Source of the DNA: an uncultured Verrucomicrobiae bacterium | GTDB taxonomy: Bacteria; Verrucomicrobiota; Verrucomicrobiia; Palsa-1439 | DNA: 64,000 nt | Direction of reading: 5' to 3' | Assembly: GCA_963812605.1 (NCBI GenBank) | Contig: CAWEWF010000014.1 | Span: forward strand, 544,001 to 608,000 | Shown here: positions 33,396 through 42,416 of the stretch, one piece after another | How positions within the stretch are numbered: position 1 is the stretch's first letter | How the letters are laid out: every line of letters starts with the position of its first letter | Notes under the pieces: model-generated | Databases searched by the model: none | Told to the model about the DNA's origin: nothing | The model's input: the letters and a program-made list of their open reading frames with translations, nothing else | Program-made: the position numbers and the translations under genes

Positions 33396-34983
33396 ATGCC
33401 AACGCGCTTGAATCCCCGCTGGTTCGTTGCTTTCATCGGTATTGCCTCGCTGGCTCTACCGTCGCGCGCGCCGGCACAAACCGTCATCACCAACACGTTC
33501 GCCGAGGTGTCGCGCATGGCTTCCCTGTGGGAAGTCGATCCGGTACAGATTTCAAGCCTGGCGAACGCGCAATATTCATCGGTTGGTGGCGGCACCAGTA
33601 CATGGCAGTTCATTTTCCCGGCATTCTTGCTCGCTGCCGACGGCGACATCCATGTCAATATGGGGATCGATACCAACGGTACGGGATCGACCAGTGGCAA
33701 CCAGGGCGAATCGCCAATTGTCCCTGAAGTGATCAACGCCACGGCCGCGCAGCTTACGACCATTGATTCGCTTAACGGCTCGCAAACCATCGTGCGAGGG
33801 ATCTTCCGTTGGTATTCCGAACATACCGGCGAACGGAAATACGAAATCCATCCCGCGACCGAACTGCTCAAGTGGAGTGGCAGCGCGTTTGTGTTGACCA
33901 ACGACTACCGGCCAAACATCAAGTTCGACAACGGCAACACTTCGCAGTCCACCCAACACATGATTACCACGTTTGACGGGTCCGACGTGATGACTGCGGC
34001 TGTTATGGTCGCGGACAGCACCAAGATTGTGTTTACCTACCCGAGCCCGAGGTTCAACTACTGCATTTACGACGGCGTCACCCTGTCCGCGCTGACGAAC
34101 GATTTCGTCAGCCAGTATTTCCTGTTGAAGCCAAACCTGGTGCCGACCGCGGTCATCCGCTGCCGGATCGTCACCAATACCATCGCGGCGGCCGTCGCGG
34201 CCGGGTTGGTGTCCAACCAGACTGTCACGGTCAACGCCCTGACCCGTTGCGACCTGCTCGGGGTCTCGAACAAGATCGCTTCGCTGACGGCGGGCCACAC
34301 CAATGTTTTTGCGTGGCCGGTCGAATTCATCACGTTGAACATTACCAATCTGGGGTGGCCGCCGCCGGTGGCAATTTTTAGCGGCAGTCCCACGAACGGC
34401 ACCGAGCCACTGGCGGTGACCTTCACGGACGCATCGACCGGGAGTATCACGAATCGATCTGGGATTTTGGCGATGGCCGCACCACCAACGTCACGACGAC
34501 CACCGTGCTCCACACGTACGCCGCCGGGACGAACACCGTGAAACTGGTGGTCACCGCCCCGGTGGCGTCAACACCAATACCAAGCCGAATTACATCACGG
34601 TGTTGACGGCGTTCCAGGCCTGGCAGGTTCAGTACTTTGGCAGCACAACCAACCCGGCAGCGGCCAATGCCGATCCGGATGGCGACGGAATGTCCAACCT
34701 GCAGGAGTTCCTCGCCGGTACTGATCCCACCAATGGCGCCTCGGCGTTCCGCATCACCAGCGTGGTGCGCGCTGGCAGCGATCTTCTGGTCGCGTGGATG
34801 ACGGGCTCGGCGGACTAACGCGTTGCAATCCACGGCCGGGACGGGCGCTGGCAGTTACAACACGAATGGCTTCGCCGACATCTTCACCGTCACGAATACC
34901 ACCGCGCAGTCACCAACTACCTCGATCCCAACGCCGCCACCAATTTCCCCTCGCTCTTCTACCGTGTCCGCCTCGTGCCCTGA
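33396..34983 (+). CDS. Secreted protein with DGDxH...EIHP domain, PKD domain and C-terminal DPDGDG sorting-type domain (frameshifted 3' part)
   Basis: Signal peptide; ADGDIHV, YEIHPAT; PTNGTEPLAVTFTDASTG..WDFGDG (PKD); ADPDGDGMSNLQEFLAGTDPT...FYRVRLVP*. Confidence 0.75.
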
Positions 34984-35027
34984 GTGTGGTCTGACCGCAC
35001 CTCCGGGAAGTGTATGGATTCCAAGGT

Positions 35028-35129
35028 AGCCGCGCACGGGGTAAGATTGCCAAGGCCAAAGGCGTCTGCAAGGTGGCCGGTGAAGTGGTCAGCGAGGCGG
35101 AAGTGATGTTTAGTGTGGTGGATAGCTGA
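35028..35129 (+). repeat. Orphan duplicate of the fabZ 3' end
   Basis: Aligns without gaps to 32641-32742; RARGKIAKAKGVCKVAGEVVSEAEVMFSVVD identical in protein, with 10 third-position changes. Confidence 0.95.
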
Positions 35130-35146
35130 CGCCGACAGAATTCATG

Positions 35147-35246
35147 TGGAGGGCGAGTCTCCCGGTGAGTGAGGGGATTCACCACGAAGCCACGAAGAGC
35201 ACGAAGGCGGCGCGGATTGAACCACAGAGTCACAGAGGGCGGAGAA
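35147..35246 (+). repeat. Cluster of short REP-like units
   Basis: TGGAGGGCGAGTCTCCCGGTGAG hairpin unit, ACCACGAAG-CCACGAAG-AGCACGAAG and ACCACAGAG-TCACAGAG-GGCGGAG tandems; a similar GCACGAAG-GACACGAAG follows the intact fabZ at 32745-32761. Confidence 0.55.
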
Positions 35247-35344
35247 TTACTTGTGGTGCGAGTGGCTTGGGTGGCAGATCTGTAAATAGTAAAGCGCTGA
35301 CCTTGGCCACGGGTGATTGACTGTAGCCATCTGCAAGAACATAA

Positions 35345-36031
35345 TTGAAGACCATGATAGCGATCAGAAAACTGACGCTTGTAATTTTCCTGATCACAGT
35401 TCTGTTAGGTCTCTGCGTATGGATTTTGGTGCTTGTCCGTGGCCATTCTCTATCGACTCCGTCTGGACAATTGACTATCGAATCGCAGAAACAATTGGAG
35501 TTGGAGGCCGCACGGGAAGCCCAAGCCACAAACGACTGGCTTCCTGTGGTTGTCTCTCGGGGGGACATACCTGCCCGCACTAAAATCACCAAAGATATGT
35601 TGTCATTGATTCCATATCCCAAGGGTTTGATCGCCGATGGTGCACTCCTAGACTACAAGCCGGCTGAGGGTCATTTCAACTTGTTGCCACTCAAAGCCAA
35701 GGACCAAGTCCGCGTGTCCGATCTCCATACCGAAGAGCCGCCTTTGATCCCATGCGACGTTCCCGAAGGTATGCGAACCTACGTCATTAACGATAATGAG
35801 ATCCAAGTGGTGAGGGTTATCATAAAACCCTGTGACCGCGTGGATATTCTAGCAACATATTCCGAACCCGCTAGTCATCAAGAAACCACCCAGACAATCC
35901 TGCAAAATGTCCTAGTACTTATGCAGGGCACGAGTTCAGTGACAGTAGCGGTCAAGCCGGAAGAGGTGGAATTGCTTACGGCAGCAAATCGTGCTGGCAC
36001 CCCCTTGCGCGTGAAACTTCGCGCTCCCTAA
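35345..36031 (+). CDS. Flp pilus assembly protein CpaB-like (SAF + RcpC), orphan, lower GC
   Basis: N-terminal TM, VVVSRGDIPARTKITKDML (SAF), VPEGMR, IKPCDRVDILAT, TQTILQNVLVL, VTVAVKPEEVELL. Confidence 0.8.
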   Translation: MKTMIAIRKLTLVIFLITVLLGLCVWILVLVRGHSLSTPSGQLTIESQKQLELEAAREAQATNDWLPVVVSRGDIPARTKITKDMLSLIPYPKGLIADGALLDYKPAEGHFNLLPLKAKDQVRVSDLHTEEPPLIPCDVPEGMRTYVINDNEIQVVRVIIKPCDRVDILATYSEPASHQETTQTILQNVLVLMQGTSSVTVAVKPEEVELLTAANRAGTPLRVKLRAP

Positions 36032-36261
36032 ATCGATGGAGGTTTCGACGTGGTTGAGAGTCGAGGCAGGCACCTACCCCATTAACTGGTGCGAGGCAGA
36101 AACATCCTCGGTATCGTCAGCCAAAGAATTGAAGTGAATCGTCGATCACCATATGCGTTCACGCCGGGATCTGGTCTCGCAGACTGCCGTAGGCGATGGT
36201 ACGGGCCATCTCCTTGGCATACATGTCGTGCGGGAACCAGAGTTCAATGCGGTCAGCTTCG

Positions 36262-36930
36262 ACAGCAGAGATTTGCCGATACACGACGATCGGCCTCTTC
36301 GAGTTCCGCTTCCCTCAGGATGACAGACTAAGAGTCGAGCACCCGTCCCGAGTCCCCGCCGCGTGGGGCACGCGGCCTACAGCTACAAGGGAATATGCCC
36401 GCTGTATCGTTAATCGATAATTTTGCTGGACGGGGTGATTCCGGGCGGGTATAGTCGGGAAAACGGATGAACATACGGAGTTCAGAATCCAGAAGGCAGG
36501 AGCAGAAGCGGGCGGCAAAGCTCCAGCGAAGGGCGATATTTTAATAAACGGCGCGGCGCGATACCTAAACGACAGGCATCGCACCCTACAAAACCGACGG
36601 CGAGCAGGCGGGAGGGCAAAGCTGCGACGAGTCGCAGCACTCCAGAGGGGGGAGCACGAATCGGGAATACGGAAGGATACAGGCGGGGCGCCTGTTCAAC
36701 GCGAAGACGGAAGGACACGGGCGGGACGCCCGCGCCACTACCAGCGAGGGAAGGAAGTCGTAAAAACATGTGTTTCTGCGAAACGAACCCGATTTGTCCG
36801 CCTGAGAAAACAGCATTTATCCATCGGTGGTACAATGGGTTACGCGATGAAAAGTGAGGGAGTCCAATCGGGTTCGTTTGGGAAAGCCGATTCATTTTTG
36901 AGGGCGGCAACCGGGACGGTCGCCCTACCT
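36262..36930 (+). repeat. Composite non-coding element, copy 1 (head + REP-half stack + IR-71-IR tail)
   Basis: 36262-36472 matches the reverse complement of 47100-47306; tail 36773-36879 matches 46828-46934. Confidence 0.85.
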
Positions 36931-36949
36931 CGGCAGCAAAACCCTTGGA

Positions 36950-36978
36950 TTGACCTGATGAATGGGTTGTTGTACAAA
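36950..36978 (+). promoter_or_regulatory. Putative sigma70 promoter of lpxA
   Basis: TTGACC-N17-TACAAA, 26 nt upstream of ATG 37005. Confidence 0.45.
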
Positions 36979-37004
36979 TGCGGCGGGGAGTGGGGCATCT
37001 GCCC

Positions 37005-37784
37005 ATGACTTCGTTCAAAGTTCATCCTACTGCGATTGTCGATTCCGCCGCTCAGATCAGCGCGGGCTGCGAGATTGGGCCGTATTGTGTCGTGGGGGCG
37101 AACGTGAAACTGGGAGAGGGATGCCGGCTGTATTCGCATGTGGTGATGGACGGGTTGACGACGATTGGGGCGCGGTGCGAGTTTTTTCCGTTTGCGAGCA
37201 TCGGATTAAAGACGCAGGACTTGAAATATTCTGGGGGCAAATGTTACCTGGAAATCGGGTCGGACAACGTCTTTCGCGAGCATGTGACGGTACATACGGC
37301 GACGGGCGACGGCCTTTATACGCGGATCGGGTCGCATAACAATTTTCTGTCATATTCGCACGTGGCCCACGACTGCATCGTTGGTAACCACGTGATTTTC
37401 AGCAATAACGGGACTCTGGCGGGACATGTTGTGGTGGAAGACTTTGCGATTGTTGGCGGGCTGGCTGCGATCCATCAGTTTTGTCGGATTGGGACCATGT
37501 CGATCATCGGCGGCTGCGCGAAAGTGGTACAGGATGTGCCTCCGTACATGATGGCTGATGGTAACCCTGCGGAGACGCGGGGGGTCAACAAGGTCGGCAT
37601 GGAGCGCAATGGGGTGTCGGAGGAGGCCCAGCGGGGGCTGCGGGAGGCCTTTAAGATATTGTGTCGAGCGGGGTTGACAGTGAGCAATGCATTGGATAAG
37701 ATACAGTCAGAACTTCCGCCCAGCCACGAGCTGGAACATTTCATCGACTTCTGTCGCAAGTCTGAACGCGGAATAGCCCGATAG
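37005..37784 (+). CDS. lpxA: Acyl-ACP--UDP-N-acetylglucosamine O-acyltransferase
   Basis: VHPTAIV hexapeptide repeats, TQDLKY, HVAHDC, LAGHV, IHQFCRIG, QDVPPY. Confidence 0.97.
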   Translation: MTSFKVHPTAIVDSAAQISAGCEIGPYCVVGANVKLGEGCRLYSHVVMDGLTTIGARCEFFPFASIGLKTQDLKYSGGKCYLEIGSDNVFREHVTVHTATGDGLYTRIGSHNNFLSYSHVAHDCIVGNHVIFSNNGTLAGHVVVEDFAIVGGLAAIHQFCRIGTMSIIGGCAKVVQDVPPYMMADGNPAETRGVNKVGMERNGVSEEAQRGLREAFKILCRAGLTVSNALDKIQSELPPSHELEHFIDFCRKSERGIAR

Positions 37785-37805
37785 GCGATAAAGCTACACC
37801 CATTC

Positions 37806-38873
37806 ATGGCGAAGTTGAGTCGTAAGCCGATTCACGATTTGGAGCGCATTATCGAGTTCGATCTGGTGCGCGCGACGGAGGCTGCTGCGTTGAATGCCTC
37901 CCAGTGGATGGGGAAGGGCGACAAGAATGCGGCGGACCAGGCGGCTTGCGATGCGATACGGGGGATGTTTGACCTGATCCCGTGTTGCGGTGAAGTCGTA
38001 ATCGGTGAGGGCATCAAAGATGATGCACCGGGGATTTTTCTCGGCGAACACCTCGGGACGTGGCAACCCGGAGTCGTGCCGTTGGACATTGCGGTGGATC
38101 CCGTGGACGGCACCACGAACATTTCGAAGGGGTTGCCGAACGTGATTTCGGTGCTGGCGGCGGGCAGCGCGTACGACGGGTTGGGCAAGGCGCTGCGGAA
38201 TTTGCCGAGCTTCTATTCGGAGAAGCTGGCGTACGGGCCGCGGGTGCGAAATTACATGCTCAAGTCGGGAGTCGAGCAGGTGAAGCTGGGAGCGCCGATC
38301 GAGGAGAATGTGCTCCTGGTGGCGAAGATTCTGGGTACGCCCGTGCATGAGTTGACCATTACGATGCTGGACCGGCCACGGCACGAGGAGTTGGTCAAGC
38401 GCATCCGCAAGGTCGGGGCACGATTGCGAATGATTGGCGACGGGGACGTGGCCGGCGCCATTGCCCCGAGCCTGTCCGATAGCGGCACGGATTTGTACGT
38501 GGGCGTCGGGGGTTCGCCGGAAGCGGTCCTGGCGGCGACGGCGTTACGGTGCCTCGGCGGTGACATCCAGGTGAGAATGTGGCCACGCGACGAAGCCGAG
38601 CGAAAGCAGTTGATCCAGGAAGGATCGGAAGAGGAACTGAACAAAGTGTATTACGCGGAAGACCTAGCGCGAGGGGACGGCATCATGTTCTGCGCCACGG
38701 GTATCAGTGACAGCCCGTTGCTGCCGGGCGTGCGCTTCATCGGCCACACCGCCGTCACCCATTCGATCCTGATGCGCGCCAATACGCGCACGGTACGCCA
38801 CATCAAAGCGGTCCACGACCTGACAAAGAAAACCATACGCCTGCGTTCCACGCGGGCAGAGCAACCACTGTGA
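37806..38873 (+). CDS. glpX: Class II fructose-1,6-bisphosphatase
   Basis: VRATEAAA, VIGEG..D.AP, DPVDGT, LDRPRH, DGDVAG, GGSPEAVL, FCATGI. Confidence 0.95.
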   Translation: MAKLSRKPIHDLERIIEFDLVRATEAAALNASQWMGKGDKNAADQAACDAIRGMFDLIPCCGEVVIGEGIKDDAPGIFLGEHLGTWQPGVVPLDIAVDPVDGTTNISKGLPNVISVLAAGSAYDGLGKALRNLPSFYSEKLAYGPRVRNYMLKSGVEQVKLGAPIEENVLLVAKILGTPVHELTITMLDRPRHEELVKRIRKVGARLRMIGDGDVAGAIAPSLSDSGTDLYVGVGGSPEAVLAATALRCLGGDIQVRMWPRDEAERKQLIQEGSEEELNKVYYAEDLARGDGIMFCATGISDSPLLPGVRFIGHTAVTHSILMRANTRTVRHIKAVHDLTKKTIRLRSTRAEQPL

Positions 38874-40030
38874 ACGAAACAGAACAGCCGCAAACGCAAC
38901 CACAGCCGCCACCGCAACAATCCACCGAGGGCCAGGTCCGGGGCGTCCTCGAAGTCGGCGAGAAAGGGTTCGGATTCCTCCGCAACCCGGCCCGCAACTT
39001 CCAGATCAGCCCGAACGACATCTATGTGTCGCCGGACATCATTCGCAAATTCAAATTGCGACCGGGTCTTGAAATCGACGGGCGCGCCGTGCCGCCCAAA
39101 AAAGGCAGCCCGCAACTCGCCGAGATTTTCAAGATCAACAGCCAGCCGCCGGAGAAGTGGGCCAACCTGAAGAAATTTGACGACCTCACCAGCGTCAACC
39201 CGAACGAACGGTTCAACCTGGAAACGGTCGGGGACCGTTATACCACCCGCATCTTCGATCTCATCGCGCCGCTTGGCAAGGGCACGCGCGGCCTGATCGT
39301 CGCCGCGCCGCGCACCGGCAAGACGACATTGCTGCACCATATCGCCGATGCGGTGATCACCAATCATCCCGACGTTCACACGATGGTGCTGCTGGTGGAC
39401 GAGCGTCCGGAGGAAACCACCGATTTCCGCCGCTCGGTGAAGGGCGGCGAAGTCATCGCCTCGACCAACGACCAGACCATTGAAGAGCACGTTCGCACGG
39501 CCAAGATGGCCATTGAACGCGCCAAGCGGCTGGTCGAATTCGGCCGGGACGTCTTCATCGTGCTCGACTCGATCACGCGCCTGGCTCGCGCGTTTAACAA
39601 TTACATCGGTTCCACCGGCCGCACGATGACCGGCGGTCTCGATGCCCGCGCGATGGAACAGCCGCGCCGCATCTTCGCCTCGGCCCGCAAAGCGGAGGAG
39701 GGCGGCTCGCTCACGATCATCGCCACCGCGTTGATCGAAACCGGCTCGCGGATGGATGAATTGATTTTCCAGGAGTTCAAGGGCACGGGTAATTCGGAGT
39801 TGGTGCTTGACCGGAAGATCGCCGAGCAACGCTACTGGCCCGCGGTGGACATCAACGCTTCGGGAACGCGTCGCGAGGAATTGCTTCTGCCGCCGAAGGA
39901 CCTGGAGGCGATCACGCGTCTGCGCCGCGCTTTGAGTGGCGCGCCGCCCGTCGAGGCCCTGCAGAAACTTCTTACCGGTCTCGCGAAGTTCAAGACGAAC
40001 AAGGAATTCCTCAAGGCGATGGCGTCGTGA
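38870..40030 (+). CDS. rho: Transcription termination factor Rho
   Basis: GFGFLR, DIYVSP, PLGKGTRGLIVAAPRTGKT, DERPEE, LDSITRLARA, EFKGTGNSE, SGTRREELL. Confidence 0.97.
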   Translation: MNETEQPQTQPQPPPQQSTEGQVRGVLEVGEKGFGFLRNPARNFQISPNDIYVSPDIIRKFKLRPGLEIDGRAVPPKKGSPQLAEIFKINSQPPEKWANLKKFDDLTSVNPNERFNLETVGDRYTTRIFDLIAPLGKGTRGLIVAAPRTGKTTLLHHIADAVITNHPDVHTMVLLVDERPEETTDFRRSVKGGEVIASTNDQTIEEHVRTAKMAIERAKRLVEFGRDVFIVLDSITRLARAFNNYIGSTGRTMTGGLDARAMEQPRRIFASARKAEEGGSLTIIATALIETGSRMDELIFQEFKGTGNSELVLDRKIAEQRYWPAVDINASGTRREELLLPPKDLEAITRLRRALSGAPPVEALQKLLTGLAKFKTNKEFLKAMAS

Positions 40031-40067
40031 TTGTCACAACGGGAGCTCTGAGCCAGAAGTTAAGACC

Positions 40068-40827
40068 GTGGGTCGTGTCCGAGATTACAGCGAGATAGTG
40101 CAGCGACTGCGCGCTCTGCCGCGTCGCTGAATGGCGTGTCCAACAAGCCGGAGAAATCTGGGGATACCCGTTCTTTTGTTTGCGACGGAGGGTTGCCAAG
40201 CATGCCCCAACGGTTCTCCTCACCGCCGGAATTCACGGCGAAGAACCGGGGGGCGTCGCCGGCGCTTTGCGTTGGTTGGAGAGTGGCGAATGGGCGCGGT
40301 GGGACGTGAACTGGTTCGTATTACCATGCATAAATCCCTACGGTTGGGAGCGCAACCAGCGCAGCAACGCACAGCGCTACGACATCAACCGCCAATTCCG
40401 CAACGCCACGGACAGTCCCGAAGTGAGATTGATCAAACGGCTGGTGAAAGGCAATTGCTTCTTGTTCTCGCTCGATTTACACGAAGACGTGGATGCCCCC
40501 GGATACTATCTTTACGAATTGCGCCAAGGACCGCCTTTTATCGGCGAACGCATTGTGAAGGCCGTCAGCCGGGTGATTCCCATCAATCGCGACAAGGTGA
40601 TCGATGGCAACCAGGCAACGGGATTTGGGCTGATTCGTCGGGACTCGAGTGTCGGGATGTTGAAGCGCCGGCGCCGTTGGCCGATGGCATATCACCTGTT
40701 TCTCAATTACACGGGCCACATTCTTGGCAGCGAAACCCCTGTGCATTTTCCCTTGGAACAACGGGCCACGGCCCATCATATAGCCCTGCGAACTGCGCTC
40801 CAAGCTATCGTGGAGAGACGTCGATGA
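40068..40827 (+). CDS. M14 family metallopeptidase / succinylglutamate desuccinylase-like (frameshift ~40130)
   Basis: TAGIHGEEPGG, PCINPYG, DINRQF, DLHED, ETP. Confidence 0.85.
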
Positions 40828-41864
40828 CACGGCATTTTCCTTGTTCGGGTCCCGGTCAGCATGCTAGCCTTCTTCTTGTGCGTCGGTCCATGATTTTCAT
40901 CTTGTTCGCTGCGATGGTTGCGCCACGGATGGCTCAAGCTCAGATCTCGGTGCAAATCACAATGGAGCGAGACGCGCTGATGCTCTTCGAGTCGATTCCC
41001 GTGGTGGCGAACGTGCACAACTTTTCCGGCCGCGCCATCGAGCTCGCGGATGACAACCAAACGTCCTGGCTCAATTTCCTGGTCAGCGACGAGGCCGGCG
41101 CGACGATTTCACCGATCGGCAAACAGCTGACTTTCGATCCCGTGAAGATTGCGCCCGGACACAGCGTGAACGTGACGGTGAATCTGTTGCCGCACTACGA
41201 TCTTCGGCAACATGGCACCTTTATCGTACGCGCGGTGGTCGATGGCGGTGGCGTGCATGCGCTTTCAACACCGGTCAGGTTCACCATCACCAGCGGCCGC
41301 GAGGTCTGGAAACAAACCGTTGGCCTGCCGGTTGCCGCCGGCGAAACCAATGAAGATTACCGGACCTATGCGCTTCTCTCACGCCGCGCCGAGCACAGTG
41401 AAACACTGTACGCAAGCGTGCAGGATGACGCGCATGAATTGGTCTACGGTACGATTCCGCTCGGTGAAACCATCTCGACGGGCGACCCGACGGCGATGAT
41501 TGACAGCGCCGGCCACCTTCACGTGTTGTTTCGCAGTGGCCCGCGCTCGCACAGCTATGCCGAGGTCGATCCTGACGCGAAGGTAGTGAAGCGAGCCATA
41601 TATTCCGATATGCTTTCCGCGCCGCAACTCGTTGCCGAAGCCGATGGCGCGGTGGTCGTGCAAGGCGGTGAGCAAACGTATCCCCGTGTCGAGCGAGTGA
41701 TGACGGATCAGGAACTCAAACCGCCGCCCCCGCCAGCCCCGGAGAAACCGCCGAAGAAAAAATGGTGGTGGCCGTTCGGTTCCAACAGAACTTCCACGAA
41801 TGCCAGCGCGAATTCCGCGATGTCCACCAACCGTCCTCCGAACAACACTTGGACGGGTAGCTAG
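40824..41864 (+). CDS. Secreted hypothetical protein
   Basis: Signal-like segment ending AQA, beta-rich domains, Pro-rich tail with KKKWWWPF. Confidence 0.7.
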   Translation: MTRHFPCSGPGQHASLLLVRRSMIFILFAAMVAPRMAQAQISVQITMERDALMLFESIPVVANVHNFSGRAIELADDNQTSWLNFLVSDEAGATISPIGKQLTFDPVKIAPGHSVNVTVNLLPHYDLRQHGTFIVRAVVDGGGVHALSTPVRFTITSGREVWKQTVGLPVAAGETNEDYRTYALLSRRAEHSETLYASVQDDAHELVYGTIPLGETISTGDPTAMIDSAGHLHVLFRSGPRSHSYAEVDPDAKVVKRAIYSDMLSAPQLVAEADGAVVVQGGEQTYPRVERVMTDQELKPPPPPAPEKPPKKKWWWPFGSNRTSTNASANSAMSTNRPPNNTWTGS

Positions 41865-41889
41865 AACGGTCGACAGACTGCGCCGGTTC

Positions 41890-42339
41890 TCACGCCGCTG
41901 CCCGCGCCTGTGGGCAAACCTCCAGCGCTTGAATGGCGTGTTCATCATTCGTGGTCTTGAAAACCGCGACAAACTGGTCGCCACCCGCCGAGGAAGCGTA
42001 CGAGTAGAGAATCTCGATCCCGGCCATGCCCAGATGCATGCCGATCCGGGCCGCCGCGCCAACTTCGTCCGAGGCGCCGACGAGCACGACAGAATTGGCC
42101 TTACAGGAAAAACCCGCCGATTGCAGGGCCTCTTTGGCGGCTAGCGCGTTGTCGGTAATCAGCAGAACGATGAGATCGTCACCGTCAGAGTACGTGCAGT
42201 AAGCGAGTACATTGACGCCGTGATTGGCGACGGCAGCCAATACGCCTCCTAACGCGGCAGGTTTGTTGCCCACGCGCACCGCAAGCTCCACCTCTTTCCT
42301 CGCCTTTGCCACAGCACCTCCAAATGACTCAAACATCAT
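41890..42339 (-). CDS. Tandem ACT-domain protein
   Basis: GNKPAALGGVLAAVANHGVNVL, DEVGAAARIGMHLGMAGIEILYSY; paralog of 17054-17458. Confidence 0.85.
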   Translation of the reverse strand: MMFESFGGAVAKARKEVELAVRVGNKPAALGGVLAAVANHGVNVLAYCTYSDGDDLIVLLITDNALAAKEALQSAGFSCKANSVVLVGASDEVGAAARIGMHLGMAGIEILYSYASSAGGDQFVAVFKTTNDEHAIQALEVCPQARAAA

Positions 42340-42416
42340 ACACGCGTCCGGAAGAAGTGCAAATGAAATTATCTGGGCCGCAAGCGCTTACAGGTGGTAA
42401 CCATGAAAGCTTTCAT

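Noticed and set aside
36480-36780. CRISPR array
   Set aside because: No identical direct repeats at regular spacing and no cas genes; the units are unrelated hairpins.
36818-36826. DnaA box/oriC (TTATCCA in the element tail)
   Set aside because: One imperfect box per copy, with no box cluster or AT-rich unwinding element.
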